Shown: positions 46,601 to 55,627 of the stretch, one piece after another
How positions within the stretch are numbered: position 1 is the first letter of the stretch
Layout of the letters: the number at the start of each line of letters is the position of its first letter
NCBI GenBank assembly: GCA_002499545.1
Contig: DAME01000004.1
Coordinates: 15,577-79,576, forward strand
Direction of reading: 5' to 3'
Source of the DNA: Euryarchaeota archaeon UBA88
GTDB taxonomy: Archaea; Thermoplasmatota; Poseidoniia; Poseidoniales; Poseidoniaceae
DNA: 64,000 nucleotides
Program-made: the position numbers and the translations under genes
Notes under the pieces: model-generated
The model's input: only the letters and a program-made list of their open reading frames with translations
Databases searched by the model: none
What the model was told of the DNA's origin: nothing

Positions 46601-49600
46601 AGCAGGTGATACCTTGGTTCCGTTTTCGAAGGCTCCGTCGTCACCCGAATCCATGAACACATTGAGCGTAACGTCCGTGAACGCTGGGTTCACGAACAGT
46701 TCGACAGGCGTAGGCATTCCATCGGTTTCTACTAAGATGTTGTAGTCCTCAACCGTTGTCGAATTCAAGACAGCGTCTTCAACTGTGAAGTCCCAGGCAC
46801 CTTCTTGCAGACTAAACATGAACATTCCAGAATCAGTGATCGTAGTGCGAAGTTCAAGTCCATCTGAATTGGTTGCAACGACTGTTTGCGCGTCGAAACC
46901 TGGCACTATACCTTCCCACAATGATTCGTTGTCATAGAGATACACAAATCCATTGGTACTCACACTGGGTTCAAGGTATTGCAATCCCGAATCAAATTCA
47001 GGCAGTCCTTCGAGAACGATGACCTGTCCAGTGACCCATTGTGAGGTTGTACTGAATGCCGACATGTGGAAGGTGTTTCCACTCGGAAGTTGAATGCTGT
47101 AATTACCGTTCGAATCAGTGGTTGCTGGGAAATGAAGTTCAGAGGATGTGAAGTCTATTGTTAGACTCGGAACCGGAACGCTTTCCATTAGTTTCAGGTC
47201 TTCAGACTTTTCAGACCATTGGGAATACGTTTCGTCGAGACCACTGTTCATGACCCGAATCGTACCGTTAACCCAAGTTGCAATTGCATAGCTGCTGGTC
47301 ATCGAGAGGTCTTCCTGTGCTAATGAGAAGGAATCAAACAGGATGTAATCTTCAGCAGTTTGATCAGATATCGTGTAGTCTCCCATTGGAAGTTCGATTT
47401 CAACACCACCAGTTTCATTGGATACCGCATCGATTGCAGGGAACGTTGGGTCGTCATTGGTGAACGTCACAGTGCGCATGGAAATGTTCGCATACGGTTC
47501 CTGCGTGAGTGGATCAACCGGTGAAGCCAGTTGGAGGGTCACATCATGCATTTCAGGAACGCTCATCAATAATGAGAAATTTTCAGACGTATCACGGACG
47601 ATCAGTGTTTGGTTCAACTCATACCATCCATCGCCGTCGATGTCGACTCGATAGAAGTATTCGCCTGATGCGAGAGGCCCGAAACTAAAGTTCCCTTCCT
47701 CGTCAGTGGTTTCAAACATTGATTGTTCTGTACCGAGTGCAATATCGACCAATTCAATTTTCTGACCTACGAATGGTATTTCGAAAAAGTCGTCGAGTGT
47801 ATCTTGGAAGATAGAACCAGGCATCGTCATAGCGAGGTCATAGGTTGGTTCGACACCAACATTCACCGGATCTGGTAGAAGTACTTCCTTACCGTTCTCG
47901 AGTTGAGCGATCATGTGGTATATACCAGGTGTAAGACCCGTGATGTAGAACGAACCAGGTTGGACCATTGGCCCAGAGAAAGAACCAACGCCGACAAACA
48001 GTCCGGTTCCGTTGAATGTCCCGGTACCTGCGTATGAACCCGAGGCTTCGAAAGAGTCACCTTCGTGCTCAGTTACAAGCGTCGAAACTCCATCGGATGT
48101 GAGCCGTCCATTTGCTTCGATTACACCGTCCAGCAAGTACATCATTTCATCAGCATCTTGCAGACAAAGCGTTTCATTCTCCGGCATCGGTGCAGTACTG
48201 TTATCGAGACAGGATGCGACCGTATCTTGTCCAACCCATGAGGCGATCAAGGTACCCTTGCCGCTCCAAGTACCGTTGCTGGTGTAAACACGCTGATCAC
48301 CGATGGAGCGAGTGAATGTTCCGGTGAAGTCCCGGACAAATGCCACTCCGTCGCTGTCGAATGTTCCGTTCTCGGTGAACGTTACTTCACCAGAACCCTG
48401 TAAGATTCTGCTATCGGTAGAGGTGAACGAACCGTTGGTTGTTGTCAAAGTATAGTTCTCAGTCATCGACCAAATGTTGCGTAGAATGAAATCTGTAGAG
48501 ATAAGAGCATCACCGTCAAACGATTCATCGCCTGACCAAGTGACAAGTCCAGATACGCCGCTGCTTTGCACGGCGATATCGAAGGTAGAAGTCACTGGTT
48601 CAAGGCGGTCAGCCTGTGCACCAGAAACATTGTACTGAGTTTCACCAAGCCAGCTCATGTTAGCAACTTCACCGAGAATAGCGGTGATGTCATTGATTTG
48701 GCGGTCTTCATTGGTAGGACTCAAAATGTCTCCAAGAATTTGTTCAATGTAGCCTTGAGTTTGGCCGTTTGAGCGCAGACTGTCTTGAGCGACTGTTGGG
48801 TCGTAAACACCCGCAAAGGCGCTCACGCGGATGCTACCAGCAGGTGCATCAAACGACCAGTGTCCGTTCTCATCTGAATCGACCATTCCGATTGGAATCC
48901 AATAGGTATCAGGATCCAAATCTTCGCTGTCTTCGCCAGAGAACGCGTCACGCTCGATGAGCAGTCGAACATTTGGTAGTCCCTCGCCGTTATCGCTCAT
49001 GGTAACTTGACCGCTGATTTCAGCTCCCGAGTAGTACTTCAGAATCTTTACGTCCGTGTTTGCGTTCCAAAGGTTGGCTTGTTGTTCCTGCATCGTCACG
49101 GATGAATTTGCTTCAGCACTGTACCAGTTAGCGATTACAAAGTGATTGGTCATTGCACCCGGGAGTGCCGGAGCACGAGCCAAGACGCTTCCTGGACTAC
49201 CGTAATCACCAGCATACTGAGCCTGTCCAGCAATCCATCGAAGAGTGGATGAGGGTTGTGGATTGGATGAACCTGAATCGATTCCGAGGGTCGATGCGCC
49301 GTATCCAACATAGTTTCGGGCAAGCATGGTGTCAAAGAACTCAGGGTTGTGGTCGACGCGGATATCTTGAACCTGAAGTGGCTCAACGTCGGCGCCTGAT
49401 TGCTGATTGAGATAATCTTGCGTAATGGCCGCATCGACTTCCTCTCGAGTCATTTCATCTTGGAATTCACCGCGAGTTGTTTCGTAAACCTCAGTCATGT
49501 ACGTTGCCATGTCTTGACCGCTGAGAATTGTAGGTGCTCCGAAGATACCGGTTGGTTGGCCGCTGTTGTAGTTGTAGTCCGCAGTGTTACGACCTGCCTT

Positions 49601-52600
49601 AGGGTACAAGCGGTTGTCGACAGCAAAGTATCGGATTTCGTGATTTCGGTCAATCATATCGCCTGGAGCCCCGTCATAGTTTTGAACGCTGTAGATTTCG
49701 AGCTGCATCAATTCATGGTACATGTCGAAGATTTCATCGCTTGTCAAAGCGTTATCAAAGAGTTGTACCGTTAGAGCAAGGCGAGCATTCTTTCGATGAA
49801 TGTTGGTTGCCACGGAATCATATTCATCAACGAGGTCAGCAGTGTACCAGTAGTCACCGATAATGTAGTGAGTCGTATCGAGTGTGGTGTCTTGACCAGA
49901 TCGAATGTTGTTGGTGAAGGTTCGGTCTGCTTCGGACTTCTCAGACCATTCGCCGTCAACACAGCTAGCAGAAAGGGAGTCGGTGCACACAATAGGCTCG
50001 CCACCCTTGTAGATTCTCCAGTACGGTGTCGAATCGTCATATATTCCGTCGACTTGGTGGTGCCCTACCGCCATTACGACATCAGAATTGGTTTCGATAA
50101 CTGCATAACTGCTCGCTTCAATCAAGTCGATCATTTGCTCGTTGTTGGTGTTCATGGTGATGTCGTTGAACAATTCCATCTGCGATGATTCGACCAAGAA
50201 ATTGTCGACGACGCCTGAGAAACCGTTCGTGAATTGTTCTGTGCCGGTTTTCTCAGCCATGTACGAGATGTCACCTTGAGCAAGTTGCCAGATAAACATC
50301 GAAGTCAAATCTTCCTGAGTGCGTGCGAGTAGCATGTTACCAGTTGCAGGAATTCCAGATTGGAAGTTGTCTGAGACTGACGGGTGTTCACCACTTTCAA
50401 GAGCAGCGAATCCATAGTCCCACCACGATACGAAAGCGGGTTTGTCAGAGTACTGCATGAGACAGGCAGCTGTAGCCGCATCCCAGATACCATCAACATC
50501 GATACAGGATGCTTGGTCAGTAATGCCGTCATGGAGTACGTCTTGTTCTGACAGCCATTGATGCGCATAGTTCCAACCTTGTGATTCGAAGGTTGAGCCG
50601 AAGTATCCGAGGTAACTGTTACCGGCATAGGCAGCATCATCGAGAAGTGAAAATCCACCAATTTCCCAACGCATGATGTCAGGGATGATGTTGTAGATGG
50701 TCTCATCAAGGTTTGATTCGTCGTTGCTTCGTGGCATTGCAGCATCCAGTCCATATGTGGCTTGCTGACCAAAGAGCATGACCATAATCAAAAGAATTGC
50801 AGAGAACGATGGTGTGCGCCAAACGGCAATTCGCGCTCCGCGAATACGGTCTTCTGGTGCACGTACACCCAGTTTCTTCCACGTGCGTACCAAACCATCC
50901 CAGTTCGCCCACTTCCACAGCGATACGATACCCCAAGCGCCAAGTACGGCGATTGCTGGAGTTGCGTTGAAACTGAAACGAGCGGCGGTCCACGCCATGA
51001 ATGAGGCAGTGATAATCCACACACCGAAAACAAGTTTGATCTGCTTTCTTTCACGCAGTGCTGACCAAAGACAAAGGACACCCATGATCAGCGAAAGGAG
51101 GAACGTGATCGGACCAAACTCCGCAAACATTCGCCCACGAGGAGGGGCATTTGCTTCCGCAACAGTTCCAAAAATCTTGGTTTTGGTGAAGTAACCGCTA
51201 CCAGTGAACAGAACATCCCACGCATTGGAGAGGTTTGCTTGCTTGAGCAGCCAAAGAACCGTAAAGAAAAGCAAACCTGCTCCAGCAAGAACACCAAGAA
51301 TTAGCAACCATGGCTTATCTCGGAATCCAGTTGTCACGAAGCTGATAGCAATCGTGAAGAAGAAGATAAACAAGAATGGTTGAAGTCCAGTTCCGTCAAG
51401 AACCAAGTCGATTTGCGGATGGGCAAACCACGGTAGAGCCATCATGAGGTTCACGCTTAACATGGTGAGGAACAAGACATTCAACGTGGTCGAATCACGG
51501 CGACGGAACATGTTCAGAGCCACTTGGGCAGCGTATGCTAAGAACAGAATCGATGGACCTACAACGAATCCTTTCCATCCCAGAGAAACTACACCGAACG
51601 ATACACCTGCGAGCACTGCCGCTGCCATTGCAGCCTGACGTTGCTGTACTACAGCGGAGAAAGATGCGAGGAACGAACGCAGTGACGGCGAGGATTGCTT
51701 GAGCAAGCGTTCTGAGCCAGCGTATTTGACTGCGCGCAACCAAAACAGGAATCCGAGAGAGATGAACAGCATGATGAATGCATCGTGGTCAGCTAATCCC
51801 CACGTGGTGTGACTCACGTGAGCAGGCATGAATGCAATGAGCCAAGCAGCAACAACTGCGGCTTTTTCGTTGATGTGTTCCTTGGCGATGAGAGCGACTG
51901 GATAAATGGTCAAAGCTCCGTAAATTGCAGGCAGGGATAGGATAGCCCACCAAACTGCATCGCCGTTGTCAAAGAACGGTCCAAGAAGCGTTGCAAGGAT
52001 TGCAATCGACCAGGTGAACAACGGAGGTCGAGGGTTGATACCGCCGATTGGATAGTAGCGATCAGCATCGTAAATCATGTGAGCATTGTTCGCTAGGATA
52101 TAGTCGACGACTCGCTTCATGTACCAGGGGTCAGAACCTCCTGTCATGTCCCACTCGCCTGTTCCAGTCGAGTTCATGGAGGGCACGATGTACCACTGCA
52201 TGCGGATGATAAGACCGAACATGAAAGCAAGACCAATCATGATACCTGCCCAGTGTTGATTCCAAAACAGACGTGCACCGGAGTACTCGTGGTCATCTCG
52301 GTTCGACCATCCGCCCCAGCGATCGTGTGTTGAGATTGAATAGATTCCAACACCGAGGAAGAACGTGACGCCAACCCAAATCAGGCTGCCCCAGTTTCCT
52401 TCGAGCATCGAAGAAGTGAACAATCCAGCATCGTACCACGTCGAAACGAGGTAAAGCATCCACATTGAGCCAAGCGTCATGGCACGAGTATGCCAACGCT
52501 CAGCAAACATTCCTGCAACGATAAGCGAGACCATGCCAGTGAACAATGCAGGCCAAAAACCGAAGTAACCGTGGTATCCTTCAATCACTGAAACTCCAAG

Positions 52601-53362
52601 TTGGTCCGCTTCAGAGACTTGGCCAAAGTGCCAAAGGCTTGCGGATTGAGCAAAAATCCAAACAAATAGAGCTGCTTGAAGAGGTAGGTTGTGCTTGTTC
52701 ATCAAGGAACCTTTTTGATCGTTTAGGAAACTAAACCATCCAGACTCGCTTGCAGGAGTGATTCGTCCACGAGCAAATGTTGCCAACAATGTTCCGATTA
52801 AGAGGAAGATGACGACGTATGAAAAGAACACATAACCAACGGCTTGGTTGCGCAAGTTGATGGTTGATGCATAGCTCACCTGTTCGCCGTCTGCAGCGAC
52901 ATTGATGATGTTTGGAAGAGTACCAAGAGCCTCAGTTGCAGCAACGATACCGACGTTGATACCCATTGTGGCGAAGACCAAAATGGTTGCAAACTCATAG
53001 CGCCCACGTGATGACATGAAGTGAACTCCGAACATCACTACAGCGAACTGCAATGCAGTGAATGCACTGTAGTCAAGCCCAGTGATAATTTGTGAACCAA
53101 TCAAGGCAAAGACCAATGTAGAGAGGGAGAGAGTGGTCGGTGACAAGGAATTGGGAGAGGAACGAGTGAGCACCATTGGAGCGAGCCCCAACAGGCCGGC
53201 AATCCCGACGATGAACATCGGTGCCAAGTTCTCAGTGTTCAACCCGTCTTCGATGCCGACGAGTTGGATGGCTGCGAGTGCTAGCAAGACTGCAAGTGGG
53301 GCAATAAGCCATCCAAGAGCAGGTGCCGGCGCAGTGCTTTGTGTGCCAGTTTTTTTATCCAT
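43679..53362 (-). CDS. aglB: Giant AglB/STT3-type oligosaccharyltransferase (3227 aa) with extra N-terminal TM bundle, repeat-rich external extension and C-terminal TM anchor
   Basis: The WWDYG motif (FVSWWDYGFAALESGEHP) is at 50411-50425. The first-loop motif GGSDPWYMKRVVDY is at about 52100-52150. GLADHDAF lies in a later loop. About ten predicted TM helices precede the STT3 core. After WWDYG come ~2240 aa with many CarboxypepD_reg-like modules (for example ISGQVTMSDNGEGLPNVRLLIE...DENGHWSFDAPAGSIRVSA, TTDEEGNFSFGPLASGEYFYRV, TTDSNGNYSIQLPSGNTFHMSA) and a CARDB-like module (FGFTLTNTGNGDDTFSITL). The terminal TM helix is LLTFGILLLGFLVVYGGV. ATG 53362 is preceded by GAGGG and an A-run. The ORF-track start at 53419 is GTG. 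Confidence 0.85.
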   Translation of the reverse strand: MDKKTGTQSTAPAPALGWLIAPLAVLLALAAIQLVGIEDGLNTENLAPMFIVGIAGLLGLAPMVLTRSSPNSLSPTTLSLSTLVFALIGSQIITGLDYSAFTALQFAVVMFGVHFMSSRGRYEFATILVFATMGINVGIVAATEALGTLPNIINVAADGEQVSYASTINLRNQAVGYVFFSYVVIFLLIGTLLATFARGRITPASESGWFSFLNDQKGSLMNKHNLPLQAALFVWIFAQSASLWHFGQVSEADQLGVSVIEGYHGYFGFWPALFTGMVSLIVAGMFAERWHTRAMTLGSMWMLYLVSTWYDAGLFTSSMLEGNWGSLIWVGVTFFLGVGIYSISTHDRWGGWSNRDDHEYSGARLFWNQHWAGIMIGLAFMFGLIIRMQWYIVPSMNSTGTGEWDMTGGSDPWYMKRVVDYILANNAHMIYDADRYYPIGGINPRPPLFTWSIAILATLLGPFFDNGDAVWWAILSLPAIYGALTIYPVALIAKEHINEKAAVVAAWLIAFMPAHVSHTTWGLADHDAFIMLFISLGFLFWLRAVKYAGSERLLKQSSPSLRSFLASFSAVVQQRQAAMAAAVLAGVSFGVVSLGWKGFVVGPSILFLAYAAQVALNMFRRRDSTTLNVLFLTMLSVNLMMALPWFAHPQIDLVLDGTGLQPFLFIFFFTIAISFVTTGFRDKPWLLILGVLAGAGLLFFTVLWLLKQANLSNAWDVLFTGSGYFTKTKIFGTVAEANAPPRGRMFAEFGPITFLLSLIMGVLCLWSALRERKQIKLVFGVWIITASFMAWTAARFSFNATPAIAVLGAWGIVSLWKWANWDGLVRTWKKLGVRAPEDRIRGARIAVWRTPSFSAILLIMVMLFGQQATYGLDAAMPRSNDESNLDETIYNIIPDIMRWEIGGFSLLDDAAYAGNSYLGYFGSTFESQGWNYAHQWLSEQDVLHDGITDQASCIDVDGIWDAATAACLMQYSDKPAFVSWWDYGFAALESGEHPSVSDNFQSGIPATGNMLLARTQEDLTSMFIWQLAQGDISYMAEKTGTEQFTNGFSGVVDNFLVESSQMELFNDITMNTNNEQMIDLIEASSYAVIETNSDVVMAVGHHQVDGIYDDSTPYWRIYKGGEPIVCTDSLSASCVDGEWSEKSEADRTFTNNIRSGQDTTLDTTHYIIGDYWYTADLVDEYDSVATNIHRKNARLALTVQLFDNALTSDEIFDMYHELMQLEIYSVQNYDGAPGDMIDRNHEIRYFAVDNRLYPKAGRNTADYNYNSGQPTGIFGAPTILSGQDMATYMTEVYETTRGEFQDEMTREEVDAAITQDYLNQQSGADVEPLQVQDIRVDHNPEFFDTMLARNYVGYGASTLGIDSGSSNPQPSSTLRWIAGQAQYAGDYGSPGSVLARAPALPGAMTNHFVIANWYSAEANSSVTMQEQQANLWNANTDVKILKYYSGAEISGQVTMSDNGEGLPNVRLLIERDAFSGEDSEDLDPDTYWIPIGMVDSDENGHWSFDAPAGSIRVSAFAGVYDPTVAQDSLRSNGQTQGYIEQILGDILSPTNEDRQINDITAILGEVANMSWLGETQYNVSGAQADRLEPVTSTFDIAVQSSGVSGLVTWSGDESFDGDALISTDFILRNIWSMTENYTLTTTNGSFTSTDSRILQGSGEVTFTENGTFDSDGVAFVRDFTGTFTRSIGDQRVYTSNGTWSGKGTLIASWVGQDTVASCLDNSTAPMPENETLCLQDADEMMYLLDGVIEANGRLTSDGVSTLVTEHEGDSFEASGSYAGTGTFNGTGLFVGVGSFSGPMVQPGSFYITGLTPGIYHMIAQLENGKEVLLPDPVNVGVEPTYDLAMTMPGSIFQDTLDDFFEIPFVGQKIELVDIALGTEQSMFETTDEEGNFSFGPLASGEYFYRVDIDGDGWYELNQTLIVRDTSENFSLLMSVPEMHDVTLQLASPVDPLTQEPYANISMRTVTFTNDDPTFPAIDAVSNETGGVEIELPMGDYTISDQTAEDYILFDSFSLAQEDLSMTSSYAIATWVNGTIRVMNSGLDETYSQWSEKSEDLKLMESVPVPSLTIDFTSSELHFPATTDSNGNYSIQLPSGNTFHMSAFSTTSQWVTGQVIVLEGLPEFDSGLQYLEPSVSTNGFVYLYDNESLWEGIVPGFDAQTVVATNSDGLELRTTITDSGMFMFSLQEGAWDFTVEDAVLNSTTVEDYNILVETDGMPTPVELFVNPAFTDVTLNVFMDSGDDGAFENGTKVSPAFSLVPLNTHGSQVNVTADDYTSDGILTLTLEPGIYNIVFNATTATDENATDSPLITTSAQDPILIGLETYDEPIAVPMRNEYLVTGVLTNNSGDGIAKQFLLRNDVADEWFNIESDENGSFSAYVSAGDWIAIVAPFIADNESTETLRYSLTVGADSSLRTGVPLRTVDVVTVEFQLQEYGTEANMSSIRVTAVSHDGLGNVTLAKSDTSGNITDQLMPGNWSLFLNESNPQKQWSLDTSGSPFTTDDADNGTLVLPLQTAELEVEIGGKVFWDLDADDIPDGTEGIANTTVQVIGMNNTEFESIVTTDEYGVWTLFVPIQDEYQVSVSKEGFATEVYNISNSSAYPVYSEPVSHDLEMMAGNVPVSGNVTDINDAMRLDGASVVLYPSSGMSGEAISVDSTFENDQLSWSAVISPGEWIVVVTQANPSVNGGGVAVGLLDASISEGAILDLEMSLGGWVDLTTVWTSEYPVAQHHAGSASDGASYLNETVSVTFGIGEGIEWDMPVDADGEISILLPSQEVTMDSSFTTLQHDLLLEMDYIGGSVANIAEGRIAVNLSYSRSINSDTSLSMVSDTVVNATLVNGSMLDFMAVESGESYDAVEFSVDIKYDGTEVSDLFTMSGQVLSSPDEADWSVEFWNGTGFESSQDVTLGIGNNSADDSVQDSMVLRVRVLVANQSEVWHLEEAHKLKLILNSDGVASSELAFTVQVPKQHGLEISDVESEVGIADGGSNTFGFTLTNTGNGDDTFSITLADNIPDGWEVTPPISNVTIPKDGVRSQLFTAYAAENFTGTPTLTVTVTSEDGVTSESFDVEFTKSDIRLSVDQSQIILLSDKRDGEAGDLVIPVYNDGYLSTSNLVVSASIQGTDIDLGSQTVSIGAKSTEQVVFAISAEDASATVRYEVKVEVVGEESDYVTQQIGEDGEKVIDFSIKYEVFVESDDSPLLTFGILLLGFLVVYGGVKLARNGRNTTRF

Positions 53363-53429
53363 TTTTTTTCCCTCAAAGGTGTTTACGCGACAGCAGCAAG
53401 GCTGAAGCGTCTTCGCCACTGAAGACCCT

Positions 53430-53438
53430 CTTTTAATG
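53430..53438 (-). promoter_or_regulatory. Candidate TATA box upstream of aglB
   Basis: The minus strand reads CATTAAAAG. A transcription start ~25 nt downstream would fall after GTG 53419, which favours ATG 53362 as the start. A second A/T box (minus-strand TTTAAAAA) lies at about 53481-53488. Confidence 0.25.
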
Positions 53439-53514
53439 ATGACGCATCGAGGGTAACGCTCAATTTAGCGCAGTACCCCATTTTTAAACGCCATTGAGTG
53501 GAGAAAAATACGGT

Positions 53515-54798
53515 TTAATCTCGAGCCGTTAAAGCGCGAAATCCTATGTCTTTTCGATAGTGTGCGCCTTCCAGAGAAAGAGAAGTAATTAGAGCGTAGG
53601 CTTGCCCTACTGCTACCTCAAGCGACGCTGCTTGAGCAGTGCACGAGAGTACCCGCCCTCCGGTGGAAATTAGATTGCCTTCTTCATCAAAACCAGTACC
53701 AGCATGATTCACCCACGCGCCGGTATTAGAGGCTGGATGATGAGCAGGAACTCCGTGAATTCTACGCCCTTTTTTAGGCGATTGCGGGTAGCCTTCAGCA
53801 GCCAAAACCACGGTGACTGCATGCGATGTATTGAATTCTATATCGAGTGATGAAAGGCGATCTTGGGATGTCGCTAAGAGAAGATCAAATACATCGCTCT
53901 TCACCAATGGAAGCGTGATTTGACACTCTGGATCTCCAAATCGTACGTTGAATTCTACAACGCTGGGCATTCCAGAATCTGGAATCATTAATCCGACATA
54001 CAGAACTCCTCTGTAGGGAGTCGAAAGGTCCGACAGATAGTCGTGCATCGGCTGGACAATCGTGTCGATGGTCGTTTGGCGAACCAGTTCAGTCACGACT
54101 GGTGCGGGACAATAGGCACCCATACCACCCGTATTTGGACCTAAATCACCGTCGAAGGCACGCTTGTGATCTTGACTTGCAGGGAGACAAACAAATCCGG
54201 AACCATCCATGACCACCAACATGCTTGCTTCTTCACCAACGAGGAATTCTTCGAGTAACACCTGCCCATCAGATTCTATTGATTCGAGAATGAAGGCTCT
54301 TGCCTCAGAACGTTGCTCGGTCACTACTACGCCCTTTCCCCCTGCAAGTACATCGCGCTTCACGACCCACGGTTTTCCAGAAAAATCATCCAGTGCTGCC
54401 TCAATATCGGAATTCGAATTGAGTACGTGATAGTCAGCTGTCGGAACATTCGCGGCACGCATGATGCTCTTGGCGTACAGTTTCGAACCCTCTAAATGTG
54501 CAAGCGCTTGAACCGGACCGAAACATGGAATCTTTGCATCTGCGAGCCGATCAGCAAGTCCTTGACACAGCGGTGCTTCAGGCCCAACGACAACCAAATC
54601 AGCGTCGATCGATTGTGCAAGGCTAATCAGTCCTTCTACGTCAGAAGCAGAAACCGAATGATTGGTGACGAACGAAGCAGTCCCAGCATTGCCAGGAGTG
54701 CAGTGAATGGTCTTCACACGGGGTGACTCGTGCATGCTCATGCAGAGTGCGTGCTCCCTACCGCCACCGCCAACGACTAAAACTGTGGAGTCTGCCAT
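53515..54798 (-). CDS. purD: Phosphoribosylamine--glycine ligase (GAR synthetase)
   Basis: MADSTVLVVGGGGREHAL matches the PurD N-terminus. ATP-grasp region: KPWVVKRDVLAGGKGVVV, GPNTGGMGAYCP and EFNVRFGDPE. ATG 54798 is preferred over the 54861 extension. Confidence 0.95.
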   Translation of the reverse strand: MADSTVLVVGGGGREHALCMSMHESPRVKTIHCTPGNAGTASFVTNHSVSASDVEGLISLAQSIDADLVVVGPEAPLCQGLADRLADAKIPCFGPVQALAHLEGSKLYAKSIMRAANVPTADYHVLNSNSDIEAALDDFSGKPWVVKRDVLAGGKGVVVTEQRSEARAFILESIESDGQVLLEEFLVGEEASMLVVMDGSGFVCLPASQDHKRAFDGDLGPNTGGMGAYCPAPVVTELVRQTTIDTIVQPMHDYLSDLSTPYRGVLYVGLMIPDSGMPSVVEFNVRFGDPECQITLPLVKSDVFDLLLATSQDRLSSLDIEFNTSHAVTVVLAAEGYPQSPKKGRRIHGVPAHHPASNTGAWVNHAGTGFDEEGNLISTGGRVLSCTAQAASLEVAVGQAYALITSLSLEGAHYRKDIGFRALTARD

Positions 54799-54932
54799 GG
54801 AACTCTTGCAGCACACGCACCACATAATCCCATCGCGACACACGGCTGCCAAATCGTTCACATCTGCGGTTCGGTAGGGGATGATTCAAAGGCCGTCCGA
54901 TAAGGGAGACAAGCACGCACGTTGGTGATACT

Positions 54933-55586
54933 ATGGAATTCCTACCCCTCTGCCTCCTTACGCTCTGGCTCTATCTGCCAGGTTTCTTAGCCAATACTTT
55001 TGCAATGATGTGGGGCAAATGGCTCCCTAAGACGGGGTACGGGCCGTGGCCAATTGATGGAGGACGTACCCTTTCTGACGGAAATCGTATGCTGGGTGAT
55101 GGTAAAACGTGGAATGGACTCATTGGCGGTTCACTTACCTCTGGACTGTTGTGCATGCTAATTGTGGTTTCAATGGGTGATGTGCCTGGGGTTGGTACGC
55201 CTATTGGTGAGGGAGGAATTTTCACCCACCCGCTTCAAGGTGCATCAGGTGCATGGTTTTCGATTGGAGGAGATTTAGGCACTGCGTTTATACTCGGAAC
55301 ATTCCTCGGCTTTTTCTGTTTGGTCGGCGACAGTACTGGTTCGTTTGTTAAGCGTCGTCGAGGTCTCAAGCGGGAAGGAAATATCTCTTCAAAAGCACCC
55401 CTGCTTGACACTCTACCGTTCGCAATCATGGTCTTCCTTGCAGGTCAACTCTTCCTCGGAACTTCGGTTCTGGCTGACAGTGAGCTTCGTTTACCAATGC
55501 TTGCCTTGGTGCTTTTCACACCTGTATTACACAGGTCATTCAATCTCTTCGGCTACAAGATTGGATGGAAAGACGTACCGTACTAA
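54933..55586 (+). CDS. carS: CDP-archaeol synthase (CDP-2,3-bis-O-geranylgeranyl-sn-glycerol synthase)
   Basis: 217 aa polytopic membrane protein. PIDGGRTLSDGNRMLGDGKTWNGLIGG matches the CarS/DUF46 signature (PiD-x-g...G-x-r-hLG-x-gKTw-x-G). Later motif: GDSTGSFVKRR. Confidence 0.75.
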   Translation: MEFLPLCLLTLWLYLPGFLANTFAMMWGKWLPKTGYGPWPIDGGRTLSDGNRMLGDGKTWNGLIGGSLTSGLLCMLIVVSMGDVPGVGTPIGEGGIFTHPLQGASGAWFSIGGDLGTAFILGTFLGFFCLVGDSTGSFVKRRRGLKREGNISSKAPLLDTLPFAIMVFLAGQLFLGTSVLADSELRLPMLALVLFTPVLHRSFNLFGYKIGWKDVPY

Positions 55587-55627
55587 ACTGGCGTAAAACT
55601 TTAACCGGTTTTCGATAACGTGAATTC

